Shown here piece after piece: positions 51,927 to 62,086 of a stretch of DNA of 64,000 nucleotides (the first letter of the stretch is position 1; the number at the start of each line of letters is the position of its first letter). A model generated the notes under the pieces. The model had not been told where the DNA came from and did no database searches. It saw only the letters and a list, made by a program, of their open reading frames with translations. This DNA comes from a virus, in the IMG/VR virus record IMGVR_UViG_3300028840_003906, one strand, 5' to 3'. A program made the translations under genes and the position numbers.

Positions 51927-54900
51927 GTGGTAGGTCCAAGCGATCCAAATAGCTACGGATTCTTCGGCCAGGGATACTGGGGCCGCAAGGTTTTCTGGGA
52001 GAAGATGCCAAAGGAGCATCGAGACCTTGATTCGGACGGGTACCTTGAGAGCCTCATGAAGACGTGGGGCGATGAGTGCGAGACGTTTTTGCAGCAGATA
52101 GCCAGCCTTCCGAAGCAGCGGGAGCCGTACGAGGTTCGCGCGCGCGAGGGCGAGGGGGAGTGGTTCTACTTCACAGAGGCATTCTCATACGACGATCCGT
52201 ACTGGGGGAGTGTTGTCCGTCTCGTTGGAGAGAAGCTCTATGCGGACATGCCGAACCATGACGAGGATGACGCTCCGTCTACGGATGAAGATGTACTCGC
52301 CGAGTGGTGGCCATGGTGGCCGTATGCGCCTATTTCGAAAGTTGCCCGGTGGTGGGACTGCAACTGGAATGAGGTGCGGTACGAGGTTGTGCGCGTGCGT
52401 ACGCGTAGCTTCGATTGGCCGGAGACACCGTATATCGCGAGTTCTTCTCAGGCGAACGAGGTCTGGGTGAAGGGGGGAGATCTACAGATCTTCTTCGATT
52501 ATTTCTCGGACGATGTGTCGTGGAGGGATAACTGGACGGCGATCGGATCCGGGGACGGAACGGGAACCCCTGACGTGGAGTTTCTCCAGAAGCCGATCCG
52601 TCTCGATTTCAATGACACGTTCGGGCCTCCTCCATGGCTGGTTGCGAACGCCAAGCTCCGGATGCTTGTTGATTTGGTATCTGCTGGAGAGCGATTCAGA
52701 CTGTACGATGCCGCAGATGGGTCTTCCGATGAGACCGGGAACCTGTACCCTCAGGGTGTTTCCCTTTCGAACTCTGGCGCGACGATCAGCTTCTCGATCT
52801 CCGGATCCACGGTCACACTGACGGATACCTCGGCCCCGTTCTCATCGAGTCAGGTTGGTGAGGAGGTTCGGGTTCACGGTACGGCGTCCAACGATGGCGT
52901 TTTTCGGGTCATATCCGCGACCACGACCACAGTGACCTATTCGAATGAGAATGGCGCCACAGAGGCCGGTGCGGCCTCGAACGCGTGGGAATTTGGAACA
53001 GGACAGCTGGTCACGACGACCTCGTACGGGACGATCAACTACCAGACGGGCCAGGTTGAGCTGAATATCCCTGGTGGTGACACTGTGGTGGTGGACAGTT
53101 CGATCGACGCAAAATGGTATGTTCGTGGGTACTACCTGCCGTTCTACCCGCCGAGGATTATTGATCGGCTGGCCCGCGACTTCGCGTTTGAGAACGACCA
53201 GAATGATCCAGAGAATGTCCAGAGATCCACGATTGCGAACTTGACGAAGTACTACGGCCTGAAGTCCACGGCGGACTCGTACAGGATCCGTGGGGAGATC
53301 AGTCTGTTTGACATTGTGACGCGGTCGATGTGGAGCATTGCTAACGTGAACACTTGGCTTTCGGCTCCACCGTTGAACCGGTTCATCTACAGTGGGCAGC
53401 TGTATACGGACCTGGTTCCCAGAAGGATCCTGTTCGACGACATCGCTGGTGACGAGTTGTTCTATGACCCTGACACGTCTGCGTGGGTGACCTTGATGGA
53501 CAATGCGTTCATGTTCGAGGACACCTCTGCCGACGGGTTCTCGATCGGTCTCGGGTACGGTCTCGATGTGGCACAGGGGTCCTATGGGTATGTGTATCCG
53601 GCTCCGCATCCGTCGTCTGCCGTTCTTCGGGATGCAGCTGGGATCGTCGCATCTGTGCAGCTCACGACGTCAGAGGCCTCCTCGTACGGATTTCAGGCTG
53701 GGTACCGGGTCACGGTCCGGCTTATGCGATGCCAGTATGAAGCGTTCAACTGGAGGAGGGGGCCGTTCGGTCTGACTGAGTACAACAAGTCTGGAGGGGT
53801 TCCTCCTGCGTTGGATGATTCTGTTTTCTGGATCGACGATGTGGCGTCTGGGTTTGTCCAGATTTCTTCTGGATCAACAACCGATGAGGATGTCGGCGAG
53901 TGGGACGTCATCATCGGTGTTGGGGTGGACTCTGGTGGATCGGCTCTCCCTGGTCCGAGCATTGGGCACGCGGATATTGTCGGTGTCAATGTTGGATCAA
54001 AGGAATTCACTATCTCCGGGGACCACACTTCAACGCTCTCCCCGGGAGATCCTGTAACTGTCATGCGATCCACTGGGAACGACAACACGTACAATGTGGT
54101 GGCCGTCACTCTTTCGGGCGGAGACACTGTTGTCGAGGTTTCGAACCCGATATCGAGCGCGGTTGCTGATGGTGAGATGGGGTGGATCGATACCGCGATC
54201 CGGTACTACCCCGGGGTGGATGTCTCAAGTTGCGAGTACTGCAAGTCATACAAAATTCGGGCGGAGATCTCGCCAACTGATGAGGCGTACGAGTTCTACG
54301 ACACCGAGGCGAAGCTAGACGCTGCCATCGAGAGAATTCGCGACAAGATTGATCCGAAACGTGTACCAGGGGAGTCCAGGCTGAGGACGACGCTTGTTCC
54401 TATTCATGCAAGGATCGTCGACTGGGCAATCATCAAGCGGTACGATCTGGAGAACGTTTCTGGTGGCAACACGATTCAGGATCTGATCGGGAATGGATAC
54501 ACTGGATTCTTCTACTCGGATGAGCTTTCGGATATCGACGGGGTGTCGTTGGTCAACAATACGTTTACCATCAACGGGGATTACCGTGATGCGATCTTTG
54601 TAGATGACACGATTTCTGTACGTGGTTCGACAGCGAATGATGCCGAGTATGTGATCGTTGACGTTCAGAGCGACCTTGATGCGAATGGCGACACTGTCTT
54701 CGAGACCGCTGGCGTGATTCCGAGTTCTATTGCGGATGGGTCCGTGTACATTTTCCCGCGCCAGATTCTGATGACTGTCGAGCAGCGTGGAAACATGGGA
54801 TCCGGGCAGACGCAGACGATGCGTTTGTATGACGACTCTCCTGCTGTTGTCTGGACGGCGACGCAGAGCACGAATGTGGATGATGAAGAGAACTGGACGA

Positions 54901-55034
54901 GTGTCGTAGAGGATCTCGACGTTACGTCCTTGATCGGAAACAACGCGCCTGTCAAAATAGAGGCGACGGACAACGGTCCGATAACGGCGGGGGATGTGCG
55001 ATTCACATTCACCGTCTCGAAGTATTTGAGGTAA
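51927..55034 (+). CDS. baseplate wedge (gp7/tail-I-like) protein with repeated beta inserts
   Basis: IDRLARDFAF..RSTIANLTKYYGLKST pattern; repeated STGND/STAND modules. Confidence 0.6.
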   Translation: MVGPSDPNSYGFFGQGYWGRKVFWEKMPKEHRDLDSDGYLESLMKTWGDECETFLQQIASLPKQREPYEVRAREGEGEWFYFTEAFSYDDPYWGSVVRLVGEKLYADMPNHDEDDAPSTDEDVLAEWWPWWPYAPISKVARWWDCNWNEVRYEVVRVRTRSFDWPETPYIASSSQANEVWVKGGDLQIFFDYFSDDVSWRDNWTAIGSGDGTGTPDVEFLQKPIRLDFNDTFGPPPWLVANAKLRMLVDLVSAGERFRLYDAADGSSDETGNLYPQGVSLSNSGATISFSISGSTVTLTDTSAPFSSSQVGEEVRVHGTASNDGVFRVISATTTTVTYSNENGATEAGAASNAWEFGTGQLVTTTSYGTINYQTGQVELNIPGGDTVVVDSSIDAKWYVRGYYLPFYPPRIIDRLARDFAFENDQNDPENVQRSTIANLTKYYGLKSTADSYRIRGEISLFDIVTRSMWSIANVNTWLSAPPLNRFIYSGQLYTDLVPRRILFDDIAGDELFYDPDTSAWVTLMDNAFMFEDTSADGFSIGLGYGLDVAQGSYGYVYPAPHPSSAVLRDAAGIVASVQLTTSEASSYGFQAGYRVTVRLMRCQYEAFNWRRGPFGLTEYNKSGGVPPALDDSVFWIDDVASGFVQISSGSTTDEDVGEWDVIIGVGVDSGGSALPGPSIGHADIVGVNVGSKEFTISGDHTSTLSPGDPVTVMRSTGNDNTYNVVAVTLSGGDTVVEVSNPISSAVADGEMGWIDTAIRYYPGVDVSSCEYCKSYKIRAEISPTDEAYEFYDTEAKLDAAIERIRDKIDPKRVPGESRLRTTLVPIHARIVDWAIIKRYDLENVSGGNTIQDLIGNGYTGFFYSDELSDIDGVSLVNNTFTINGDYRDAIFVDDTISVRGSTANDAEYVIVDVQSDLDANGDTVFETAGVIPSSIADGSVYIFPRQILMTVEQRGNMGSGQTQTMRLYDDSPAVVWTATQSTNVDDEENWTSVVEDLDVTSLIGNNAPVKIEATDNGPITAGDVRFTFTVSKYLR

Positions 55035-55039
55035 GGTAA

Positions 55040-57646
55040 ATGCTGAATACTCCAGTTTCTATCGTCGATAGCAAGATCAAACTTCGCCACAAAGAGACCT
55101 ATGTGACGGAGGGGGTCAACGAGAAGGCCCTGGCGTTCCCAAGGGGGTGTTACAGAGGGTTCTTGCCGAGGAGATCGGCGACCCCAAACACGAGCCTGTG
55201 GCTTGCAATAGATCCGCTTTCTCTTGGTGTGGACGAGGATTCGTTCGCGATCTACTCCGAGTACCTGGATGCCTCGAACGAGGGCTGGGCACTCTCCGTT
55301 CGGGAGACTGCCGATGTCGAGATTCCAATCGATGCGGGATTCTTCCCTATCGGAGTAGGGGTGAACTACCTCTACGTCTACATTGACGCCGTGTACCAGA
55401 TCGGTTCGGCAACGGTGGCTACGTACAACGTTTCCGATGAGGATCCGTACGACTCCGGGTCGTCGAACTATGACTTGGACGTGATTTTGGTTGGTCGGAT
55501 CCCTGTGACTCCGGGGGATACGACGATCGACTTCGACATTGCGAGTGGTTCGGTTCTAGCGGATGTGATCGCTGTCAGGAAGTACCCCATTCCGACGCCT
55601 GATGAGACTGGGCTCACACTTTCAGCTGGGGATGCCCCTCTCGGGCTCATGACGTCTGCGGCGGCATGGGCGACCCCAACTGCAGACCAGAAGAAGGCTA
55701 TGAACAACGCCTCTTCTCCGGACGCGACGAATCCTTTCCTGACACAGGACGACATCCTGGCGAAGTACCTCGCGGATCCGTATTCCGTGACACAATCGCA
55801 GGGTGTTGTTCCGACCTCGATCGACATCACCGGCGATGTCTATGTTGGGACGGGAACATTGGACCAGGCGCTCCAGATGTTCCGCTTGGTAGATGGAGAT
55901 GGGAACGCTCCGGCATACGAGGATGGGGGAGCACTTAGGCTTCTTACGATTGTTCCGTCTGGCGGTGGCGCTCCGATCGACCCGTCTGTGGATGCCGATG
56001 CGAATGGGTTCTATTCGAACCCGAGGCTCGTCTTTCAAGCTGATACAAATTCCACGACCGGCACTATCGACATGACAGTCTGGATGGCTCTGAAGAAGAC
56101 GAGCTTGACGACAGATCAGACGCCGGTCAAGAAGACGCCGATTACCACAACTGCTCATGCTGAGAACGTTCCAGTCAAAAGATCCCTGTACCCGCCTGGG
56201 TGGGATCGTCGCGTGAGCGTCCAGGACGTCCAGGATGCGTTGGTGCGTGAGCACGAGAGTAACCGTGGAGTAAACCCTTTGCTCAGGACAGATGAGCATG
56301 TCGCTGCGCGTGCGTTTTGGCGCAAGGATATGATGATAGACGGTGTTCCGTCTGCTTCGTATATCCAGACTATTTCGACAGAGGTTCGATACCTGACCGC
56401 CTCAAGGCGGGCTTCGGATGGCCACACGGTTCTTATCTACGCAGAGGATGATGCGCTCCTCAGGATCATCGAGTATTCCCCTGAGTCGTACAATCCGGCG
56501 TTGAATCTGAAAGACTTCACTGATCTTCTGACGTTGGATATCACGACAATTTTCACGGAAGTTCCTGCGTGGGATTGGTACATCACTGGAATGTGCTGTG
56601 ATGGACAGAACATCTACCTTCGTCTGAGGGATACAGACCTGACGGGGTCTGGAATCGATAGACATCGTGTCTTCGCTGTGACGATGAACCAGTTTGCGAC
56701 TGGTGTTTCCATTAAGTCGGGCTGGGGTTCGAGTGGTGTCTCTCTTGGGAGTGGGACAGCGGTTGAGAACCACATTCCGTTCGCGGACGACATTATCGTC
56801 GCGGATGATGACAACCTTGCGACTTGTGACAACTGGACGGATATGCGTGGGGTTGGGACGCCTGGGGGCATCTTTATAGTTCCAAAGGATGGGACGGCTC
56901 CTACGCTTGGAGCTGGGGACATCAAGGCTACGATTGCCGGTGGAACGCCTGGTGCTTTGACGCCCGCTGCATTCTATGGGGTAGGACCTCTTGTTTCAAA
57001 TGGTGAGCAGGTGTTTGCCCTCGGGGTCGCCACAACGAGCAACTCCGATCCGAACATGTACATGGCGTTCCATGTGAACATCTCTGATCCTACGACGGTC
57101 AGCGTGGCCAATTGGTACGGAGTTGCCAGGGCATGGAACGACACCAAGGCGCTGGTAACTGGCATGGAATGGGACGGAGATACCATCTGGATCTTCGGAA
57201 TGGGAAGCTCGGACAGTTCAGCGGTGACAATCACGCTGTTCGATGCGTCTGCAAGCCGTCAGTATAACGAAATCAAGACGGCATCGTCAGACGGGCTCGG
57301 TGGAACATGTTTTGATGGTGTGAACTTCTGGGTCATGAGGGATGGAGATGGTACTGACAGACCGTCCGGGTCTCCGTGGCTGGACAAGGTTCCCGTTGGG
57401 ACGTTCCTGAAATACTCGGGGTACCTTGGGTCGTCCGGATTCGATGCCAGTTCGAACGATGCGTACGAGGCGACGGTTCGGGACAGGTTTGCTGTTGGAA
57501 GTCCTGGAGCGCTCATCCCAACGGATTGGAGCAGGAATCGCCCGGTGTTTGACGGGGAGAACATATGGATTGCACCCGAGAGCGATCTGGGTGGTCCTGA
57601 TATCGCTAAGATTTTCAGGATATCTGCTGTAAAGGGAAGAGGCTGA
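55040..57646 (+). CDS. tail fibre protein with a beta-propeller-like C-terminus
   Basis: Repeated CFDG/VFDG/WDG..IW motifs. Confidence 0.6.
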   Translation: MLNTPVSIVDSKIKLRHKETYVTEGVNEKALAFPRGCYRGFLPRRSATPNTSLWLAIDPLSLGVDEDSFAIYSEYLDASNEGWALSVRETADVEIPIDAGFFPIGVGVNYLYVYIDAVYQIGSATVATYNVSDEDPYDSGSSNYDLDVILVGRIPVTPGDTTIDFDIASGSVLADVIAVRKYPIPTPDETGLTLSAGDAPLGLMTSAAAWATPTADQKKAMNNASSPDATNPFLTQDDILAKYLADPYSVTQSQGVVPTSIDITGDVYVGTGTLDQALQMFRLVDGDGNAPAYEDGGALRLLTIVPSGGGAPIDPSVDADANGFYSNPRLVFQADTNSTTGTIDMTVWMALKKTSLTTDQTPVKKTPITTTAHAENVPVKRSLYPPGWDRRVSVQDVQDALVREHESNRGVNPLLRTDEHVAARAFWRKDMMIDGVPSASYIQTISTEVRYLTASRRASDGHTVLIYAEDDALLRIIEYSPESYNPALNLKDFTDLLTLDITTIFTEVPAWDWYITGMCCDGQNIYLRLRDTDLTGSGIDRHRVFAVTMNQFATGVSIKSGWGSSGVSLGSGTAVENHIPFADDIIVADDDNLATCDNWTDMRGVGTPGGIFIVPKDGTAPTLGAGDIKATIAGGTPGALTPAAFYGVGPLVSNGEQVFALGVATTSNSDPNMYMAFHVNISDPTTVSVANWYGVARAWNDTKALVTGMEWDGDTIWIFGMGSSDSSAVTITLFDASASRQYNEIKTASSDGLGGTCFDGVNFWVMRDGDGTDRPSGSPWLDKVPVGTFLKYSGYLGSSGFDASSNDAYEATVRDRFAVGSPGALIPTDWSRNRPVFDGENIWIAPESDLGGPDIAKIFRISAVKGRG

Positions 57647-57647
57647 T

Positions 57648-58427
57648 ATGGCGCTGGGTATCTTCGGTGCGGTGACTGAGGCGATCATGAGTGGCCCGGA
57701 GGGTATGGACTACAAAGCCATGTCCATTGCCGGGGTGAATCCAGTGGATGGGGAGATTGTGAACTTCCTTCCGGAGAGGACGTTTCAGTTTTGGCCGGAG
57801 AGCATCTCCGATTCGATCGAGATCGGTTGGAATTTCAAGGAGATCCCAGGGTCCTCGCATTCTTTGGCTCAGTGGTCGAGCAACGGAGGGCGCACGATCA
57901 CGTTCGATATCAATCTTCACAGGTTCATGAAGCCGGTTGCGTCCAGAACCTTTTTTGAGAACGTCCTGGACCCGTTCCAGCTCAACACGCCGAGCGCTCA
58001 ATACCTGAAGGACAACCGCCCGTACAATGTGGATGTGGCAGCCGAGGTTCGGTACTTGCGGGCGTTTTGCTATCCGAGTTACCGGGACATCGAGGGGTAC
58101 AAGACGGCATATCCGCCCCCGATCGCAATGCTATATGTGCCCGGGGTTCCGATTGGGGATGCGAACGGAAGCACCGTGATCTATGCCGTGATGACGGGGT
58201 GTGATGTGACTTACAACTTGCTGTTCCCGGATGGGACGCCGCGAAGGGCAACGGTCTCGCTGACGTTTCGCCAGGTGGTGCAGGATCCGATCAACCGGAC
58301 GATTTACCAGGTTGGATTTGAGCAAGGGTTCGCCTTCGAGTCGAAGCTTCAGAGTCGTGAGATTGCTGAGGGTGGTGGTGCGCGTCCGAAGAATGGTCTT
58401 GATGGATGGGGAGGAGGACCTGTCTGA
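57648..58427 (+). CDS. tube initiator (CIS-tube / gp48-gp54-like) protein
   Basis: FQFWPESISD..QWSSNGGRTITF..YPPP..MTGCDVTY..PRRATVSLTFRQ. Confidence 0.75.
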   Translation: MALGIFGAVTEAIMSGPEGMDYKAMSIAGVNPVDGEIVNFLPERTFQFWPESISDSIEIGWNFKEIPGSSHSLAQWSSNGGRTITFDINLHRFMKPVASRTFFENVLDPFQLNTPSAQYLKDNRPYNVDVAAEVRYLRAFCYPSYRDIEGYKTAYPPPIAMLYVPGVPIGDANGSTVIYAVMTGCDVTYNLLFPDGTPRRATVSLTFRQVVQDPINRTIYQVGFEQGFAFESKLQSREIAEGGGARPKNGLDGWGGGPV

Positions 58428-58729
58428 TGGGGTTGAAGGCGAAGAATGGCCGGGTTGAAGCTGTGGATGTTCCGCGAGAGGAAGAATCCAATGTTGGGTA
58501 TGGTTGGAGCGAGCGAGAAGCTGTGGAGTTTCCCGGGAAGCCAGAGGAGAATCCACAGGGTGTTGAAGATGGTGTTGACGATCTGGTCATGGTGATGATG
58601 CCAAGACAGACGTTTGATGCCTTCCAGGAACTGGCGAAGAGGTATGGCGGGAGTCATGCCCAGGCAATGAGCACAGCCCTGAAGCTCCTGGAGAAGGCTT
58701 GCGAAGCTGCAGAAGATGGGGGTGATTGA
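58427..58729 (+). CDS. hypothetical protein (RHH-like C-terminus)
   Basis: RBS GGAGG; coupled start. Confidence 0.6.
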   Translation: MGLKAKNGRVEAVDVPREEESNVGYGWSEREAVEFPGKPEENPQGVEDGVDDLVMVMMPRQTFDAFQELAKRYGGSHAQAMSTALKLLEKACEAAEDGGD

Positions 58730-58950
58730 TGGCGCTGGAAGTTGGAGATGCTATTGCCGGAACGGGCCTGGCCGGTGCGATCGGGCGGGCAAGAAAAGAG
58801 GCATGGGGTAGCAAGTATCCCCTTAACAAGGATGCGAAAGCCATCAACCTGGAGGCGCAGGCGATCATTGATTACTTGGTCGCGAACACCGAGGTTGAGG
58901 TGACGGGAGTGACGTCGGGGGGAGACACGGCGTCCGGAACGATTTCATAG
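58729..58950 (+). CDS. small hypothetical structural protein
   Basis: Coupled start. Confidence 0.6.
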   Translation: MALEVGDAIAGTGLAGAIGRARKEAWGSKYPLNKDAKAINLEAQAIIDYLVANTEVEVTGVTSGGDTASGTIS

Positions 58951-58956
58951 CTTCGG

Positions 58957-58970
58957 CGAACTCAAGTTCG
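58957..58970. repeat. CGAAC-N4-GTTCG palindrome
   Basis: CGAACTCAAGTTCG, intergenic. Confidence 0.85.
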
Positions 58971-58988
58971 CGGAGCGGGAGGTTCATC

Positions 58989-59441
58989 ATGATGGACTAT
59001 AGGGTTCTTCGCGAGCTGGTTGCGATATTCACGGCGCTCTTTTTCGCGTCATTGATCGTGCAAGGGTGTGGTGCTGCTGTCCGGGATCCGGAGGTGTATG
59101 CGTCCGAGATTTCTTTCATCGAGGCTGCTTCGAGTGAGCAGGTCGAGAGGGGGATCGAGCTGATCGATGCGGTTTGTGCGTGCGATGGTTCTGGCGGGGT
59201 GTTGGCGTTCACGACCCCAGAGTGTCAGGACTTGGCGGATACGATTCTCGTGGTGAAGTCCAGGATGGCGTACCACACGGCGTTCATGCGGTACCTGGGA
59301 GGTATCTCGGATGAGCGACCACCGAAGGATCCGCCCGAGATTCCGGATCCAAACACGCTGTGTCCAGGCGTCGGAGAATTTGATGTCATGCCGATTCCGG
59401 ATGAGATAAAATTGGATGCAGGGGTTGATGCAGGAGATTGA
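58989..59441 (+). CDS. lipoprotein (possible spanin or exclusion protein)
   Basis: Signal peptide with lipobox VQG-C. Confidence 0.6.
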   Translation: MMDYRVLRELVAIFTALFFASLIVQGCGAAVRDPEVYASEISFIEAASSEQVERGIELIDAVCACDGSGGVLAFTTPECQDLADTILVVKSRMAYHTAFMRYLGGISDERPPKDPPEIPDPNTLCPGVGEFDVMPIPDEIKLDAGVDAGD

Positions 59442-59442
59442 G

Positions 59443-59613
59443 ATGAGGATTTTGCTTTTTGTTTTTTCGATTTTCTTTTTCGGGTGCGATCCTGCGGTGC
59501 AGTACGCCAGGACGAAGTATCCGGGATGTGATGTTGAGCGGATTTCTGAGGGGACGGTTCGTGTAGAGTGCCCTGGGAAGGATCCGTTCGAGAAGCGATT
59601 CACGAAGAGGTGA
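59443..59613 (+). CDS. small lipoprotein
   Basis: MRILLFVFSIFFFG-C lipobox; RBS AGGAG. Confidence 0.55.
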   Translation: MRILLFVFSIFFFGCDPAVQYARTKYPGCDVERISEGTVRVECPGKDPFEKRFTKR

Positions 59614-59616
59614 GCC

Positions 59617-59997
59617 ATGAATTGGGGAGACTTGCTTGAGAACCTGGTGAGGGCTTCGGACACGCGAGAATTCCAGAAGGCGGAGAGGTGCATCGGAGAG
59701 ATCCGAGAAATGATCGACGAGCCCTGGAAGACCACAGTCATGGAGATGATTGCGGAGGCGGTAGAGAAGCATGGCCTGGATGGGATCGAGAGCGTCAGGA
59801 AGGCGTTCAAGCGGATGTCTCAGGGGAAGGAGCCGGATCTCTCTTTCGTCAACCTCCGGACACGCAGCGATGCCCTGGCAATCATGCAAAATGCCGAGGC
59901 TAATCAGAAGAAGAAAGTCAACGATTTTCTCGTCATAGTCGGCGAATCGCTGGGCATGATCCTCAAGGTTGTGATAAAAGGATTGTTGAAAGGGTGA
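59617..59997 (+). CDS. hypothetical protein with a C-terminal hydrophobic helix
   Basis: ORF in operon. Confidence 0.6.
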   Translation: MNWGDLLENLVRASDTREFQKAERCIGEIREMIDEPWKTTVMEMIAEAVEKHGLDGIESVRKAFKRMSQGKEPDLSFVNLRTRSDALAIMQNAEANQKKKVNDFLVIVGESLGMILKVVIKGLLKG

Positions 59998-60000
59998 TCA

Positions 60001-60498
60001 ATGCCTTCATGGATAACCGGAAAAGATGGTGAGCGTGCCTGGCAGAAGGCCAAGGGAATTGTGGCCAAAGAGTATGGGGCTGCGGTCGAGAGGAATGATC
60101 CAGATCGTTTCTACTCCCTGGTGACGACGGTCTACAAGAGCGTCTGCAAGAGTCCGGACTACGATTGTGGAATCGCGAAAAAGACAGAGGATGTGAGCCC
60201 GCGATTGGATTCTCTGATGGAGCGACTTGAGCCGTTCTGCCTGGAGGCAGTGCCTGACAAGAAGATCCGCGAGGCAAGGCAGACGCTCGGATTCCATGTC
60301 CAGGATCGGAAATATATCGAGGGTCTGCTGAAAAAGGACAGAAGCTCCCCCGACGCTGCGCGATGGAAGAAGGCTGTGGCAGCGCACACGGCGGCCATAA
60401 AGGCGTATGAGCGAGCGATCGAGTCCAAGGCTGCGAAAGACCTGAAGTCGGCAAAGGACGCCCGCCTGAGGGCTCTCAAGATAGCAATGGGAAGGTAG
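60001..60498 (+). CDS. basic hypothetical protein
   Basis: AWQKAKGIV..FYSLVTTVYK motif. Confidence 0.6.
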   Translation: MPSWITGKDGERAWQKAKGIVAKEYGAAVERNDPDRFYSLVTTVYKSVCKSPDYDCGIAKKTEDVSPRLDSLMERLEPFCLEAVPDKKIREARQTLGFHVQDRKYIEGLLKKDRSSPDAARWKKAVAAHTAAIKAYERAIESKAAKDLKSAKDARLRALKIAMGR

Positions 60499-60501
60499 GG
60501 C

Positions 60502-60915
60502 ATGAAAAAGCTGATCGAAAGAAGGCTCGAAGAGGCCAAGAAGATCCGGGATTGGCACGACGGCATGAGTGCCAAGGACTGGAGCTTGTATACTGCGGAT
60601 ATGTACGAGCCGGATGAGGACTTTGATGCTCGCGCATCGGCCAAGGCTGCCACTGCCCTGAACCGTGCGATGTCGAAGTATCAGACCCAGCTGACGAAGA
60701 ACCTGGCGAATCATCCTGAGTTCAAACTCAGTGTTGCTGGGAAGATCGGCGAGAAGCTCTTCTACAAGATTGTCGATCCGGTTCATCAGAAGTACAGGTC
60801 TGTGGGGGCCGGGGACACCGAGGTCTACTACATGTCCAGGGCTATGGCTCAAAACATGATCACGAACCACTACGGCAAGCGGCGCATGAACGCGAGGCTG
60901 AGCGAGTACATCTGA
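60502..60915 (+). CDS. hypothetical protein, leader MKKLIERR
   Basis: Leader motif. Confidence 0.7.
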   Translation: MKKLIERRLEEAKKIRDWHDGMSAKDWSLYTADMYEPDEDFDARASAKAATALNRAMSKYQTQLTKNLANHPEFKLSVAGKIGEKLFYKIVDPVHQKYRSVGAGDTEVYYMSRAMAQNMITNHYGKRRMNARLSEYI

Positions 60916-60922
60916 GGGGTCC

Positions 60923-61525
60923 ATGGAAAAGTTGCTGGAAAAACTTGGTGAGTTTCTCGACGGAGACTTGATTCTGGAGGGGAACGAAGATCACAAGCGG
61001 GCGAAGAACTTTCTATCGAATGGCATCCTGCCGGACGGCGAGAAGTGGAACCGTAAAATCGATCCGATTGTTGGGTTCGATGGAGAGGTTGTCATCTCCA
61101 ATATTCTCCAGTCGGAGAGCGGGAAGAAGTCCGTTTTCGTGTTCGACGTCTCTCTGAGGCCCGGTTCTGCTGGTGGTGGAGGGGTAGGTATCGAGGCTGC
61201 TGCTTCGAATCAGTACTTCAACATGGCCGGGACTGACGCGAAGTCGATCAAGGGAATGAAGGCAGCGTTTGGGGAGTTCGTCAAGAAGTCCACGAAGGGC
61301 ATCGGCAAGCAATTTCATGCGTGGCTGAAGAAGCCCGAAAACTGGGTCTGGCGTGTTGTGGGGTGGGGTCAGCGGAACTCCTGGAGTAGGCCGTCTGCGA
61401 AGATTGTGAAGATCAAGCCTGCAGGGGCGATGATCGATCCTGCTCGGCGGAAGTGGCCGAGTGGAAGAACTGAAATTTGGTCCCCGATCAAGGTGACCGT
61501 TCGCGCGGAGATGAAGCAAAAATGA
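60923..61525 (+). CDS. hypothetical protein, leader MEKLLEK
   Basis: Leader motif. Confidence 0.7.
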   Translation: MEKLLEKLGEFLDGDLILEGNEDHKRAKNFLSNGILPDGEKWNRKIDPIVGFDGEVVISNILQSESGKKSVFVFDVSLRPGSAGGGGVGIEAAASNQYFNMAGTDAKSIKGMKAAFGEFVKKSTKGIGKQFHAWLKKPENWVWRVVGWGQRNSWSRPSAKIVKIKPAGAMIDPARRKWPSGRTEIWSPIKVTVRAEMKQK

Positions 61526-61803
61526 AAGAACTCATCGAGAAAAAAAGTGCATTGTCCGGGGATCAAGAGTTGTCCGAGGCGGCACGCGGTCTGAAGATGG
61601 TGGCACGCTGGGAAAAGGACGCTGGGAAATACCTCCAGGGCATCGGTTTCTTGATAAATGGCATCAAGAAAAATGCTGGTGGTTTTGGGGTTCCAAAGCC
61701 AATCGTTGATGGTCTCATCAAAGACCTGAAGCTTGCCAAGGAGGGCATGGAATCGGCCCAGATGGAACTGGAGGGATGGGTCGAGAACATGGAGATGGAG
61801 TAG
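61522..61803 (+). CDS. hypothetical protein, leader MKELIEKK
   Basis: ATGA overlap; leader motif. Confidence 0.65.
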   Translation: MKELIEKKSALSGDQELSEAARGLKMVARWEKDAGKYLQGIGFLINGIKKNAGGFGVPKPIVDGLIKDLKLAKEGMESAQMELEGWVENMEME

Positions 61804-61806
61804 GAA

Positions 61807-62076
61807 ATGAAGGATCTGATTGAGCGCAAAATGGACAAATCGGCAATGACCAAGTCCGAGCAGTACGCCATCGACCTGGAGAAGGCTCTGAAGAAAAAGC
61901 GCATTTATACGCGCAGGAACCTCGACGAGCTGAAGGTCTGGAATGGTAACAACATTGCAACCATCTTCATGGACGATCGAACAGGGAAGGTTTCTGTTGA
62001 GCTGAAGCTCCGTCTGGACGGCGTGAAACCAGATCCGAAGAGCATTGAAGCCATGCTCAAGAAATATGGCATCTGA
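61807..62076 (+). CDS. hypothetical protein, leader MKDLIERK
   Basis: Leader motif. Confidence 0.7.
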   Translation: MKDLIERKMDKSAMTKSEQYAIDLEKALKKKRIYTRRNLDELKVWNGNNIATIFMDDRTGKVSVELKLRLDGVKPDPKSIEAMLKKYGI

Positions 62077-62086
62077 GAGGTGAAAG

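Noticed and set aside
48865-57646. Diversity-generating retroelement acting on tail fibres
   Set aside because: There is no reverse transcriptase and no template/variable repeat pair differing at adenines; the CBM repeats differ at all kinds of bases.
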